Positions 16,557-25,464 of a DNA stretch of 64,000 bases are shown here, piece by piece. The notes under the pieces are model-generated. The model did no database searches and was not told the DNA's origin. It saw nothing but the letters and a program-made list of their open reading frames with translations. Within the stretch, counting starts at the first letter, position 1, and every line of letters begins with the position of its first letter. The position numbers were made by a program, and so were the translations under genes. Source of the stretch: a virus; IMG/VR virus record IMGVR_UViG_3300030099_006944, positions 1-64,000 of that record; one strand, written 5' to 3'.

Positions 16557-17780
16557 ATGAAAGAATTATTGGATAAAATGAAAAAATTAAATGAAAATAA
16601 AAATGGAAAAGTTGTTACTTTTGATTTTGATAATACAATCATAAAGTCATATGAAGATTCTAACGATGGCGAAGAGACAATTTACCAATATGGTGGTAAA
16701 AATCCACAAATTATTGCAAGAATCAAGAAATTTAAACAGGCTGGTTCGACAGTGCTGATAGTAACAGCAAGAACACATGCCCTTGAAGTACCAGAAAGCT
16801 CTGTTCAAAACATGTTGGCTAAATACGGTATCGAAGTGGACGGCATATTCTATACAAATGGAGATAAAAAGGCCAAAAAGCTTTATGAACTAGGATCTAC
16901 TCTTCATTATGACGACGACCCTGCTGAAAGAGAAGCCATTGAGGCTTATAGAAAACTGCATCCTAATGATATTGTGGTAAAAGATCCCGACAAACTAGTC
17001 AAAGATATCGATGAAATCTCCAAAGGTTTGATCATGACCACTGATGGTAAGTATATCATAGCCCAAAGGTCAGATTCATATGAATGGGATGCTCCCGGTG
17101 GACATCTTATGGAAGGAGAGGAAGCAAATTACGCTTTTTATCGTGAAGTTTTAGAAGAATTGTCTTTAAAAGTAAAGAAAGTTCAGTATATGTCATCCCT
17201 TAACACCACTTGGAAAAAGAAAAACAAGTTGGTTCATTATTTTATAGCACAAGTTCCTCACTCTTCTGATGAATTAGAGGGGATTGTACAGTTACAATGG
17301 GAAATTGCTGATTATTTTTGCGGAGATCTAGAAGAAGTGATGGAAAAGATGGGAGAAGGGGCAACACAAAACCTAAAAAACACCATAGGTTTCCTAAATG
17401 AGTCTGATTTGATGCTTGAAAGAGCATGGCCGCACTCTAATAATCATTCTACAAAGAAAAGAAGACTAGTCGGAACAGGAATCAACAAACACACAGGTGG
17501 CGGTGATGCTAAAAACGTTGAAGACCACAGTAGATCAGACAATGCACCGGTTGGATATGGTGTTTTCGAAGAATCTAACGAAAAAAAAACTAAAAAAATA
17601 AAAATTTCTATCGTTTCTGATCTCGAAGAAAGAAGAAAGAAGCGAAAAAAACGTAAAAAACGTAGAAAAAAGAGAAAATACACTAAATCCAAAGGTATCG
17701 GATGGCCATATGGTGATTGGAACATTGGAAGTTTAGGTGATAGTAGCGATGGAGGCGGCGATGGTGGCGGCGGAGAATAG
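16557..17780 (+). CDS. HAD phosphatase-Nudix hydrolase fusion with polybasic tail
   Basis: FDFDNT, VTAR, K, HYDDD (HAD motifs I-IV); Nudix box GHLMEGEEANYAFYREVLEELSL; RRKKRKKRKKRRKKRK. Confidence 0.8.
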   Translation: MKELLDKMKKLNENKNGKVVTFDFDNTIIKSYEDSNDGEETIYQYGGKNPQIIARIKKFKQAGSTVLIVTARTHALEVPESSVQNMLAKYGIEVDGIFYTNGDKKAKKLYELGSTLHYDDDPAEREAIEAYRKLHPNDIVVKDPDKLVKDIDEISKGLIMTTDGKYIIAQRSDSYEWDAPGGHLMEGEEANYAFYREVLEELSLKVKKVQYMSSLNTTWKKKNKLVHYFIAQVPHSSDELEGIVQLQWEIADYFCGDLEEVMEKMGEGATQNLKNTIGFLNESDLMLERAWPHSNNHSTKKRRLVGTGINKHTGGGDAKNVEDHSRSDNAPVGYGVFEESNEKKTKKIKISIVSDLEERRKKRKKRKKRRKKRKYTKSKGIGWPYGDWNIGSLGDSSDGGGDGGGGE

Positions 17781-18099
17781 TGGAATCAAAAATAAAGCAA
17801 AACTCAGAGAGTATTTGTACAAAAATCCAAATAAATTAGCACAAAAGCTAGCCCAATTTTTAAAATCAGACGATGGAGAGCTTCTTCAATTAGTAAATAT
17901 GAAAGGAAAGGGTATTGGATATTATTATTCCCACAATCACAAGAGGCACATACCGGTACCCAGAAGCTCAGAGTTCTATATATTGCCATGGGTTGATGAT
18001 GATAAAGAAAGATGTTATGTTTATTGCCACTACAATTGGCAAGTTGGAGTTATTTTGAAGGTTTTTAAAAGCGATATTGAATATTTGGGGTTTAATTAA
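17737..18099 (+). CDS. Hypothetical protein (start uncertain)
   Basis: Fills the gap; overlaps the Gly-rich tail of the previous gene. Confidence 0.55.
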   Translation: MIVAMEAAMVAAENSGIKNKAKLREYLYKNPNKLAQKLAQFLKSDDGELLQLVNMKGKGIGYYYSHNHKRHIPVPRSSEFYILPWVDDDKERCYVYCHYNWQVGVILKVFKSDIEYLGFN

Positions 18100-18101
18100 C
18101 G

Positions 18102-18239
18102 ATGGCGATGGAAGAAAAGATTGAAAAGTATATAAAAATAGCTTTTTTATTCCTAATTATGTTATTAGGTATATCATTAACGTCAAAAGAATCAGCCGTG
18201 ATCTTTTTTCTGTTCTATATCGCATTCGTAAAGGATTAA
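18102..18239 (+). CDS. 45-aa two-TM peptide (not in ORF track)
   Basis: MAMEEKIEKYIKIAFLFLIMLLGISLTSKESAVIFFLFYIAFVKD. Confidence 0.4.
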   Translation: MAMEEKIEKYIKIAFLFLIMLLGISLTSKESAVIFFLFYIAFVKD

Positions 18240-18243
18240 AAAA

Positions 18244-18621
18244 ATGAAAATTAGTAAAAAAAGACTCATAGAAATCATCACAGAAGAGTGTGAGATGATG
18301 AATGAGCCCGAAATGTCTCATGAGATCGACAAAGAAGGTGCCATGGCGAAGAGACAACTACATGATATGGAAAAATATTCACGTGAATTAAGCCAAATGC
18401 TCACAGACACAACACAATTGGAGTCTTGGGTACAAGCAAAGCTAACAAAAGCAGCAGATTACCTCAAAACTGTTAAACATTATGTTGAATATGGCATGGA
18501 AGAGGGTGCTTATGATCAAGTTATGCCTGAAATGGAGCCAATCGAGCCAGATTATGAGCAAATGTACGACATGGGTGGAGAAGAAATTAAAAAAATGCTT
18601 GAAAAGTTAGGTGAATCGTGA
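18244..18621 (+). CDS. Tagged putative head-associated protein
   Basis: MKISKKRLIEIITEE; EGAMAKRQL..LESWVQAKLTKAADYL motif familiar from phage proteins. Confidence 0.7.
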   Translation: MKISKKRLIEIITEECEMMNEPEMSHEIDKEGAMAKRQLHDMEKYSRELSQMLTDTTQLESWVQAKLTKAADYLKTVKHYVEYGMEEGAYDQVMPEMEPIEPDYEQMYDMGGEEIKKMLEKLGES

Positions 18622-18932
18622 AAATTGATCACATTGCACTACAAGTTGGGGATATTTATGAAGCATGTGAGTGGTATCACGTGCGTTTTGGTGCAAATGT
18701 ACTCTATTTTGACCAAACTTGGGCTCTTTTGGAGTTCGATAACATAAAAATGGCGTTAGTTCTCCCAAATCAGCACCAAAATCACGTTGCAATAGAGGTA
18801 AACCCTGAAAAGTGGCCAAATTTGGAGTTCAAACAACACCGAGACGGCTCAAATTACCATTATTTGACTGATCCTTGGGGAAATTGCGTGGAATTGATCA
18901 ATTATGGATGCAATTCAAGCAAGAATTCTTAA
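18618..18932 (+). CDS. VOC/glyoxalase-family protein
   Basis: IDHIALQV..EACEWY; NHVAIEV; YLTDPWGNCVEL. Confidence 0.8.
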   Translation: MKIDHIALQVGDIYEACEWYHVRFGANVLYFDQTWALLEFDNIKMALVLPNQHQNHVAIEVNPEKWPNLEFKQHRDGSNYHYLTDPWGNCVELINYGCNSSKNS

Positions 18933-19206
18933 ATTGAGCAAAGAAATGCTCGATAAACTCAAAAATAAGGTTTTGGGAGACTCTCAAACGGAAAAATTCG
19001 AGATCGGAGAGATAGTTAGGTGGCCCGGATGGCATCATACACCCGAAAACGTGACCAGAAACTACAAATATGGCGTTTTATTGTCTATTTATACTGGAAT
19101 ATTAGACAAAAGAGACATAAAAATAGCCGAAATATTGCCTTTTGGGGCCTCAAAACCCATAAAAATAAGCCTTATTTTAGTTAAAAAATCAGATTTAGAG
19201 GACTAA
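18904..19206 (+). CDS. VGDLV-like protein
   Basis: KFEIGEIVRW..YGVLL. Confidence 0.55.
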   Translation: MDAIQARILKLSKEMLDKLKNKVLGDSQTEKFEIGEIVRWPGWHHTPENVTRNYKYGVLLSIYTGILDKRDIKIAEILPFGASKPIKISLILVKKSDLED

Positions 19207-19213
19207 TTAAGGT

Positions 19214-20239
19214 ATGCCCTGTGATATAAAAAACCCTGCTAGCATTGATTTGAGTGACTTAGAACCTCATATCCAAGGAATGTATGACTATTTTGATCAA
19301 AAAATAGGTTTCAAGAAACCACCAACAATGGTTTTCGACTCAGATTCAAAGAATCAGAGCGATGTTCTTGGAAAAACAGCTTATTATGACCCTCAGACCC
19401 TAGAAATACATATTTATAGTGATGGTAGACACCCAAAAGATATGCTACGCTCTATCGCACATGAATTGATCCACCACAAGCAAAATATGGACGGTAGATT
19501 AGATACAGGTGGTTACAATGGTCCGGGATACTATTTAGAGAACGATAAACTACGTAAAATTGAGCACGAAGCCATGTTAAAAGGCAATGCTTTAATGCGT
19601 GAATACGAAGACACGATTAAAAAGGAGAATAATCAAATGTCATTAAAAGAATGGAAAAACAACGAGTTAAACAAGCTTCTTCTGAAGAAATTTGGTATTC
19701 TCAAAGAAGAAAAAGAAATAACCCACATGTGTGCTCTCGAAGTGACTCACAAAGCATCTGGTAAGAAAGGTCACCCGATCAAACACACCCTAACAGAGTC
19801 TGGTGATATTTCTCACTACACTGTTGAGTTTGAAGATGTAATTGTTGAGAATATTGCTGTTGAAAACTTGGAAATCGTTGTACAAGAGATGCATAGTCAC
19901 AAAAGAGACGACGAAAAACAACATAATAAAGACAAAGACGTTGTTAAAGAAGAAGAATTGGAAGAAGCAAAGGATAAAAAGCCAGATGAGGATGGAGATG
20001 GTGTACCTGATTGGGCTGACAAGAAATCTGGTGATGATAACGAGAAAGACGATGAAGAGAGTTCTGACAAAAAGGAAGATGACGAGAAAGAAGACAAAGA
20101 TATGTCAAAAGTACCTCCCCAACTCCGTGATCACGTTAAAAGTAAAATGAAGGAAAATAGAAAAGTAAACATTAAAGAAGTTGTACGCAGAGTTCTTGAA
20201 AACAATAAAAGAGTTATGCAAAAATTGAAGGATAAATAA
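19214..20239 (+). CDS. HEXXH zinc peptidase-like multi-module virion-type protein
   Basis: SIAHELIHHKQ; His-rich THMC..HTL..HY module; acidic DEDGDGVPD region. Confidence 0.7.
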   Translation: MPCDIKNPASIDLSDLEPHIQGMYDYFDQKIGFKKPPTMVFDSDSKNQSDVLGKTAYYDPQTLEIHIYSDGRHPKDMLRSIAHELIHHKQNMDGRLDTGGYNGPGYYLENDKLRKIEHEAMLKGNALMREYEDTIKKENNQMSLKEWKNNELNKLLLKKFGILKEEKEITHMCALEVTHKASGKKGHPIKHTLTESGDISHYTVEFEDVIVENIAVENLEIVVQEMHSHKRDDEKQHNKDKDVVKEEELEEAKDKKPDEDGDGVPDWADKKSGDDNEKDDEESSDKKEDDEKEDKDMSKVPPQLRDHVKSKMKENRKVNIKEVVRRVLENNKRVMQKLKDK

Positions 20240-20989
20240 ATGAATTCTAAAGAAGAAAAAATAATTCGAAAATATGTTCGCAAGAAGATAAATGAATCTT
20301 TGCAAAAACAAAAGAATAGTCAAAAAGAAAGGATGAATGAAGAAATACGTCTTCGAAAATTAGTTCGAGAGCTTCTCAAAGAAGGAGATATCTCGGATAT
20401 GCACCCGCATCGTTCTACTGGTATTAATGTTCTAGAAGATGTTCTTAAAAAGATGATAACAACTCTCAGAACAGATTATAAACGCATGACTACCAACAAG
20501 AATCAAAGAGATTCCTTTCGTGCCCACATGATCTCTGCTGTGAAAGGAGCATTGGCTCCATCATTAGTAAATGACACATATTTACAAGGCACTGATGTTA
20601 TGTTAGCAGAGCCGGCGCCTGAATTGGGTGATGATAGTGATGATTTAGATATTCAATTGGAAGAAATCGATATTGAAATCGAGGATGATGAAGAAGAAGC
20701 TAAAAAAATTCCTGTGGAGGATGATGATCAACCTGATGAAAAGGAAGAATTTGGTGGCGGTCTAGAAGGTCTAGATGAAACTGGACGTAATATGGCCTTT
20801 ACAACATTCAAAAAAGTCTCCCAATATATTTTGGATGCATACGATATGTTAGCTAACGTTGAAGATAAAAAAATCTTTGTGGATTATCTGATTACAAATA
20901 TGAAACTATATTTTGACAAATTTGAACAAGAAATACAAAAAGAAGTTGAAGAGCCAACAACTCAACAATACGATTCGATGCAAAAATAA
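20240..20989 (+). CDS. Tagged acidic hypothetical protein
   Basis: IRKYVRKKINE and LRKLVRELLKE repeats; acidic linker. Confidence 0.7.
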   Translation: MNSKEEKIIRKYVRKKINESLQKQKNSQKERMNEEIRLRKLVRELLKEGDISDMHPHRSTGINVLEDVLKKMITTLRTDYKRMTTNKNQRDSFRAHMISAVKGALAPSLVNDTYLQGTDVMLAEPAPELGDDSDDLDIQLEEIDIEIEDDEEEAKKIPVEDDDQPDEKEEFGGGLEGLDETGRNMAFTTFKKVSQYILDAYDMLANVEDKKIFVDYLITNMKLYFDKFEQEIQKEVEEPTTQQYDSMQK

Positions 20990-21026
20990 TTACTACACTC
21001 TTTTAATATAACATATTAAGGTTCTG

Positions 21027-21362
21027 ATGTCAAATAAAAAAAATAAAAATTATTCGTTTATACATGTTCTGAGACAGAACAAAAGGATAAACGAAAGTTT
21101 TCTGAACACCTTGTCCTCGTTGTCACTGGAAGAAGTCATAGCTTTGAAGTTGGAATTGTCGATAAAAATGATAAACAACAAGCTTTATAACTTTCCATTG
21201 TGGTCCGCTATGCCTAATATTACTAGAGATGCATTATTGAGATATGCCATGTCAGCATGTCAATCCAAAAGAGACATGGCTAGGTTTTTAGGTATACCTA
21301 CTAATAAAATTAATGAATTATTAAGAAAATATAATACTGAGAAGTTATTTAATAATGAATAA
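21027..21362 (+). CDS. Fis-like HTH protein
   Basis: C-terminal ALLRYAMSACQSKRDMARFLGI resembles HTH_8. Confidence 0.55.
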   Translation: MSNKKNKNYSFIHVLRQNKRINESFLNTLSSLSLEEVIALKLELSIKMINNKLYNFPLWSAMPNITRDALLRYAMSACQSKRDMARFLGIPTNKINELLRKYNTEKLFNNE

Positions 21363-21415
21363 TAGTATTATAATATACATGTATATAAAAAAAGAAAATA
21401 TATAAAAGAAAAAGC

Positions 21416-21444
21416 TTGACAACCAAGTGGTAACAGGATATAAT
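21416..21444 (+). promoter_or_regulatory. Consensus sigma70 promoter
   Basis: TTGACA-17nt-TATAAT with A-rich upstream element. Confidence 0.75.
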
Positions 21445-21640
21445 GGATGTAGGTGATCTTGTCAGAATCAAATATAGTCACTACTCTCCTTTTTACATCA
21501 GACCAGATGTAGGAGAAATAGGTATTATAGTAGAAGTCAGCAAGAGTTCTTCCCTAGGAGTCATATATTTTGTACAAACATCAGATGGAATTTGGAAATT
21601 CTCAGATTATGAAGTGGAGCCTTTTGATGGAGGTAGGTGA
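21443..21640 (+). CDS. VGDLV family protein
   Basis: MDVGDLVRI..IGIIVEV. Confidence 0.65.
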   Translation: MDVGDLVRIKYSHYSPFYIRPDVGEIGIIVEVSKSSSLGVIYFVQTSDGIWKFSDYEVEPFDGGR

Positions 21641-21824
21641 TCTGGTTAGAGTGACTTGTACCAACGAACCTTTTCGGTTCAGGCCGGACAAAGGTAGTGT
21701 TGGTATAATAGTAGAAATTAAATATTATAACTGGGCAGGGACTTGTTATTTCGTATTGATAGATGACATTGGTTGGAGATATTTAGAAACGGAATTGGAG
21801 TTAATTAGCAGTGGAAGTAGGTGA
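21627..21824 (+). CDS. VGDLV family protein
   Basis: MEVGDLVRV..VGIIVEI; paralog of 21443. Confidence 0.65.
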   Translation: MEVGDLVRVTCTNEPFRFRPDKGSVGIIVEIKYYNWAGTCYFVLIDDIGWRYLETELELISSGSR

Positions 21825-22047
21825 TTTAGTAAGACAAAGGTCGGTTGGAGTTGCGATCATATCAGAATATATAAGAAGCAGTTTGCATCTAGGTTTAATT
21901 GGTGTCATAAAAGAAGTGCACGATAAAACTAATTTTTCATATGATGGAAGGAACCGAGGAGATATTACAGTTGTGTGGTCCAATGGAAAAGAGGAAACAC
22001 TACCAGAGATTTATTTAGAAAAGGTGGAAGATGAGCAAAGAACTTGA
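21811..22047 (+). CDS. VGDLV family protein
   Basis: MEVGDLVRQ..IGVIKEV..ITVVW (GTG start). Confidence 0.65.
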   Translation: MEVGDLVRQRSVGVAIISEYIRSSLHLGLIGVIKEVHDKTNFSYDGRNRGDITVVWSNGKEETLPEIYLEKVEDEQRT

Positions 22048-22225
22048 TACAAAAATATGGCTAACATTAGACAAAGTGGAACATCAAATCAGGAGAGCGG
22101 CATACCTCGCCACAGCGGAGGAATATCAAAAAAAGATATACGATGCTCTCGACATTATAAAAGAAGTTAAAGAAGAAGTGGAAAAAAAACTTGACAAACC
22201 CAAGCCAAAAGGCTATAATATATAA
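22031..22225 (+). CDS. Small hypothetical protein
   Basis: Operon packing. Confidence 0.55.
   Translation: MSKELDTKIWLTLDKVEHQIRRAAYLATAEEYQKKIYDALDIIKEVKEEVEKKLDKPKPKGYNI
22191..22219 (+). promoter_or_regulatory. Consensus sigma70 promoter
   Basis: TTGACA-17nt-TATAAT. Confidence 0.75.
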
Positions 22226-22259
22226 TACTACACACATAATATAACCAAAGGAGAAAAGT

Positions 22260-22475
22260 ATGAGTGAAAACACGACGATTACTAGTAAGAGGCTCCCAAA
22301 CCCTCAGAAAGTAAGATGGTATAACGTTGCTTATTATGATAACTTTCAGCAAGCAGACGAACATAGAAAAAATTTAGATGGCCTCACAAAGGTTAGAAGA
22401 TGTGGCCCAGATAAAACAATGTTTGTTGTAAAGTCAGGTACACCAATCCCAACCAAGGAGTCAAAAAATGAATAA
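22260..22475 (+). CDS. Small hypothetical protein
   Basis: AAGGAG RBS and promoter upstream. Confidence 0.6.
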   Translation: MSENTTITSKRLPNPQKVRWYNVAYYDNFQQADEHRKNLDGLTKVRRCGPDKTMFVVKSGTPIPTKESKNE

Positions 22476-23265
22476 TACAATAGTTCTTTTTGACATGGAT
22501 GGGACATTGACCGAACCTCGCGAAAGTTTTAATAGCGAAGATCTTTCAAGGGCTTTGTACAAACTGACCAATGGTGGCGCTCATGTTGGGATCATTACTG
22601 GTTCCGACGAGGATTATTTAAGAGAACAGATGGGAACTTTTTTAAGAAGCAGTTCTTCTCGTTACAAAACTCATCTTTTGCCTTGTAATGGCACAAAGTA
22701 TTTGAAACCACCAGAATTTGCAAATCAAGATTTTAAATTAATACACGAGGTTTCCATGGAAGAAGCTTTAACATCTAAAAAATATAGAGAATTGATTTGC
22801 GAATTGATATACTCACAGGTTGATATATGTCATCTTGGTGCACCGTTGACCGGTCACTTTATAAATTGTAGAGGTTCTATGATAAATTGGAGTCCAATCG
22901 GACGCAATGCTACAAAAACCCAACGTGAAGAGTTTATAGAGTTAGACAAAGAGAAAAACGTTAGAGACCGTGTAATTAATGAACTCAGGGCAATTTTAGA
23001 ACTGAAACATATGAACAAAGAGGTGACTATTAAATTAGGTGGTGATACATCTTTTGATATATACCCAACCGGTTGGGATAAAACTTATGGATTAAAACAC
23101 TTTCAAGGTTGGGATGTTTGGTTTGTCGGCGATCGCTGTGGTGAGAATGGTAATGACTATGAGATTTACCAAGCCTGTCTGGGTCAATCTTACGTCTCAT
23201 CAGGACCAGAAAGCACGGTTGAGATAATTGAGTGCATAATAAGTAATTTGCGAGGTGAAAAATGA
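22468..23265 (+). CDS. Eukaryote-type phosphomannomutase (HAD IIB)
   Basis: LFDMDGTLTEPR; CRGSMINWSPIGRNA; GGDTSFDIYPTGWDKTY; FVGD..GNDYEI. Confidence 0.85.
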   Translation: MNNTIVLFDMDGTLTEPRESFNSEDLSRALYKLTNGGAHVGIITGSDEDYLREQMGTFLRSSSSRYKTHLLPCNGTKYLKPPEFANQDFKLIHEVSMEEALTSKKYRELICELIYSQVDICHLGAPLTGHFINCRGSMINWSPIGRNATKTQREEFIELDKEKNVRDRVINELRAILELKHMNKEVTIKLGGDTSFDIYPTGWDKTYGLKHFQGWDVWFVGDRCGENGNDYEIYQACLGQSYVSSGPESTVEIIECIISNLRGEK

Positions 23266-23693
23266 GCGATGATTTTAGATCTAATGGTATCAAGGGTATT
23301 TTAGATTATGGCATAGATTTAAAGCTCGAATCGGAAGAGGAAGAAATATACTATACCGCCCGAATGTGCGAATATTTTAACGAAGAATCCGAATTTAAAG
23401 CCTATTTAAGTGGAGAGAAAAGTTTCGAGGTGGAACTTGACAGAACCTCTCCAATCATGGAAGTTACAATTATGAGTTCGATGCTAACAATACTACCATA
23501 TTCAGATGATATATTTGAGGCCTTCGCAGTAATGCTAGCGTTTATTGCAAAGAAGCACCAAGAAATTATAATAGAACTTAGAGGAGAAGAAGAATCCATA
23601 ATTCAATCATTAAACGAGGTTAATAAAATTGAAAATGAAAAAGAAGAAATTGAAGAAGACTCCAGTGGCGATGATGATTATGAATGGATCTAG
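23262..23693 (+). CDS. Acidic hypothetical protein
   Basis: 143 aa; ATGA overlap. Confidence 0.6.
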   Translation: MSDDFRSNGIKGILDYGIDLKLESEEEEIYYTARMCEYFNEESEFKAYLSGEKSFEVELDRTSPIMEVTIMSSMLTILPYSDDIFEAFAVMLAFIAKKHQEIIIELRGEEESIIQSLNEVNKIENEKEEIEEDSSGDDDYEWI

Positions 23694-23706
23694 GAGAACC
23701 AATACT

Positions 23707-24030
23707 ATGAAAATATTTTATTTAAACAGAACAGAAGATGAAAGCGGAATAAGCGGAACAGGCAGAGTGGCGCAAGGCTTTGTGTTTGATAATGGCAAAG
23801 TTGCTGTTACTTGGCTTTCAGAACATCCAAGCGTTACCGTGTATGATTCAATCGGAGAAGTTCATGCAATTCATGGTCACGGCGGCAAGACAGAAGTTGT
23901 AATGGAGCCGGATTACAAGAAGGCATTTGGAGAATTGAAATCCTTTGTTGATAATTTTAATATGTCAGAAGTGGTTAATTCTAAATTAACTCCCGATGGT
24001 CCGGCGTCAAAACTGATGGCAAAGGCCTAA
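23707..24030 (+). CDS. Conserved phage hypothetical protein
   Basis: RTEDESGISGTGRVAQG..HGHGGKT motif familiar from phage proteins. Confidence 0.65.
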   Translation: MKIFYLNRTEDESGISGTGRVAQGFVFDNGKVAVTWLSEHPSVTVYDSIGEVHAIHGHGGKTEVVMEPDYKKAFGELKSFVDNFNMSEVVNSKLTPDGPASKLMAKA

Positions 24031-24049
24031 TTACTATGTGGAGAATTTA

Positions 24050-24538
24050 ATGACGCTAAAATTGGACGCTTCATGGCGACCTATAGAAATCATACCAGCC
24101 GAGAAAGCTTTCTCAATGGTTTATACTGGACGGGCACAACCTGTTGAGAATTATACTCACGGGCCATGTGCCCGTTTTCTGTTTCCATCCGTGATCGTTC
24201 TTAAAAACTACATCCAAAAAAGAAGAATAACAATGGCACCCACAAGAAAAAATATATATTGGAGAGACAAATACATCTGCCAATATTGCGCCGAGCCATT
24301 TAAATACAAACAGTTGTCTTTGGACCACGTCATTCCAAAGTCAAGAGGGGGTGATAGAGGTTGGTTAAACCTTGTGACCTGTTGTCACCGCTGCAATCAA
24401 AAGAAAGGTAACAAAACGCCTTCTGAGGCCTCTATGATACTAATTAGAGAGCCATCAATACCACAGGTATCTATAATAGACTTTTATCATCATATTGATG
24501 TGCCAAAAAATTGGCTAAATTTTATTGTGAGGAAATAA
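24050..24538 (+). CDS. HNH endonuclease (McrA-like)
   Basis: RDKYICQYC; DHVIPKSRGG; NLVTCCHRCNQKKG. Confidence 0.9.
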   Translation: MTLKLDASWRPIEIIPAEKAFSMVYTGRAQPVENYTHGPCARFLFPSVIVLKNYIQKRRITMAPTRKNIYWRDKYICQYCAEPFKYKQLSLDHVIPKSRGGDRGWLNLVTCCHRCNQKKGNKTPSEASMILIREPSIPQVSIIDFYHHIDVPKNWLNFIVRK

Positions 24539-24972
24539 TGAAAATAAAAAGAATAATGGTTAGCGGAGGTTTCGACCCCGTGCATATAGGTCATATTCAA
24601 ATGATCGAAAAAGCATCAGAATGGGGCGAAGTGATTGTCGTAATAAATTCTGATGATTGGCTAATGAGAAAAAAAGGTTATGTCTTTATGCCATGGAAAG
24701 AAAGAGCCTATATAATGGGTAACATCAAAGGAGTATCTTTGGTATCAGGAGTAAACGATGAAGACGGAACAGTTTGTCAAGCCATCGGAATTCACAGACC
24801 AGATGCGTTTGCAAACGGTGGAGATAGAAAAAAAGATAATACTCCGGAAATGGAGTTGTGCGATGAACTTGGCATTCAAATGATGTGGGGCGTCGGAGGA
24901 AAAGATAAACCACAATCATCATCGTGGTTAGTAAATAAAGCAATGGAGCAATTAAATGGAACTAGGAAATAA
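24538..24972 (+). CDS. Cytidylyltransferase-like nucleotidyltransferase (TagD/RfaE family)
   Basis: SGGFDPVHIGH (HIGH motif); FANGGDR; SSSW. Confidence 0.85.
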   Translation: MKIKRIMVSGGFDPVHIGHIQMIEKASEWGEVIVVINSDDWLMRKKGYVFMPWKERAYIMGNIKGVSLVSGVNDEDGTVCQAIGIHRPDAFANGGDRKKDNTPEMELCDELGIQMMWGVGGKDKPQSSSWLVNKAMEQLNGTRK

Positions 24973-25198
24973 AAATTTAGAGAATTTTCTCAAAAAAGCG
25001 GAAGAAGATCCGGAGTTGATGGAGATACTGAAAGGTATAGTTTATTACTGTCAAGCCGCTTCGGAAAAGGGTATACCCCTCGAAGAGGTAGCATCTGCCG
25101 GTACCGTTGGGTGGACAATTGGACAAGACCCTAGGTTGAAAGAAATGTTGAAACACCTAATTAAGATTAGTGAAATGGGTTTAGGAACAGAACATTAA
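24956..25198 (+). CDS. Hypothetical protein
   Basis: Operon packing; GGAG upstream. Confidence 0.55.
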   Translation: MELGNKNLENFLKKAEEDPELMEILKGIVYYCQAASEKGIPLEEVASAGTVGWTIGQDPRLKEMLKHLIKISEMGLGTEH

Positions 25199-25209
25199 TC
25201 CTTTACAAT

Positions 25210-25225
25210 CTATTTATTGTGAGGT
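25210..25225 (+). promoter_or_regulatory. Candidate late promoter/RBS 16-mer
   Basis: CTATTTATTGTGAGGT, identical to 14889-14904. Confidence 0.55.
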
Positions 25226-25233
25226 AATCTATT

Positions 25234-25464
25234 ATGTTTTTGATGTTAATTATGAATTTGGCCTTCGCCCAAGACGAAGGACGTACTGTCACGTACAAGA
25301 AAAAGACAGAAATCGACTTCGAAGGAGTTGATGTTTCTGGTGAACTCGTAAAGCCCCAAGGTGCACTTTTGCTTGATCGTAAAAGAGCCTCTTTCAATCC
25401 GTTGATTAAATTACGTTCAGACTTTAATCCGGAAATGTCCTCATCGGTGTCGGAGATTAAATAA
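25234..25464 (+). CDS. cglF: Homolog of myxobacterial gliding protein CglF/GltF
   Basis: Signal peptide ..LAFA-QD; KKKTEIDF..V.V.GEL.KP.G..R..F..LIKLRSDFNPE..SV pattern recalled from the CglF family. Confidence 0.75.
   Translation: MFLMLIMNLAFAQDEGRTVTYKKKTEIDFEGVDVSGELVKPQGALLLDRKRASFNPLIKLRSDFNPEMSSSVSEIK

Noticed and set aside
17581-17589. A9 run as a programmed frameshift
   Set aside because: The frame stays open and encodes a Lys-rich segment consistent with the tail
24050-24538. HNH as intron-borne homing endonuclease
   Set aside because: Flanking genes are intact; no interrupted gene or intron structure seen
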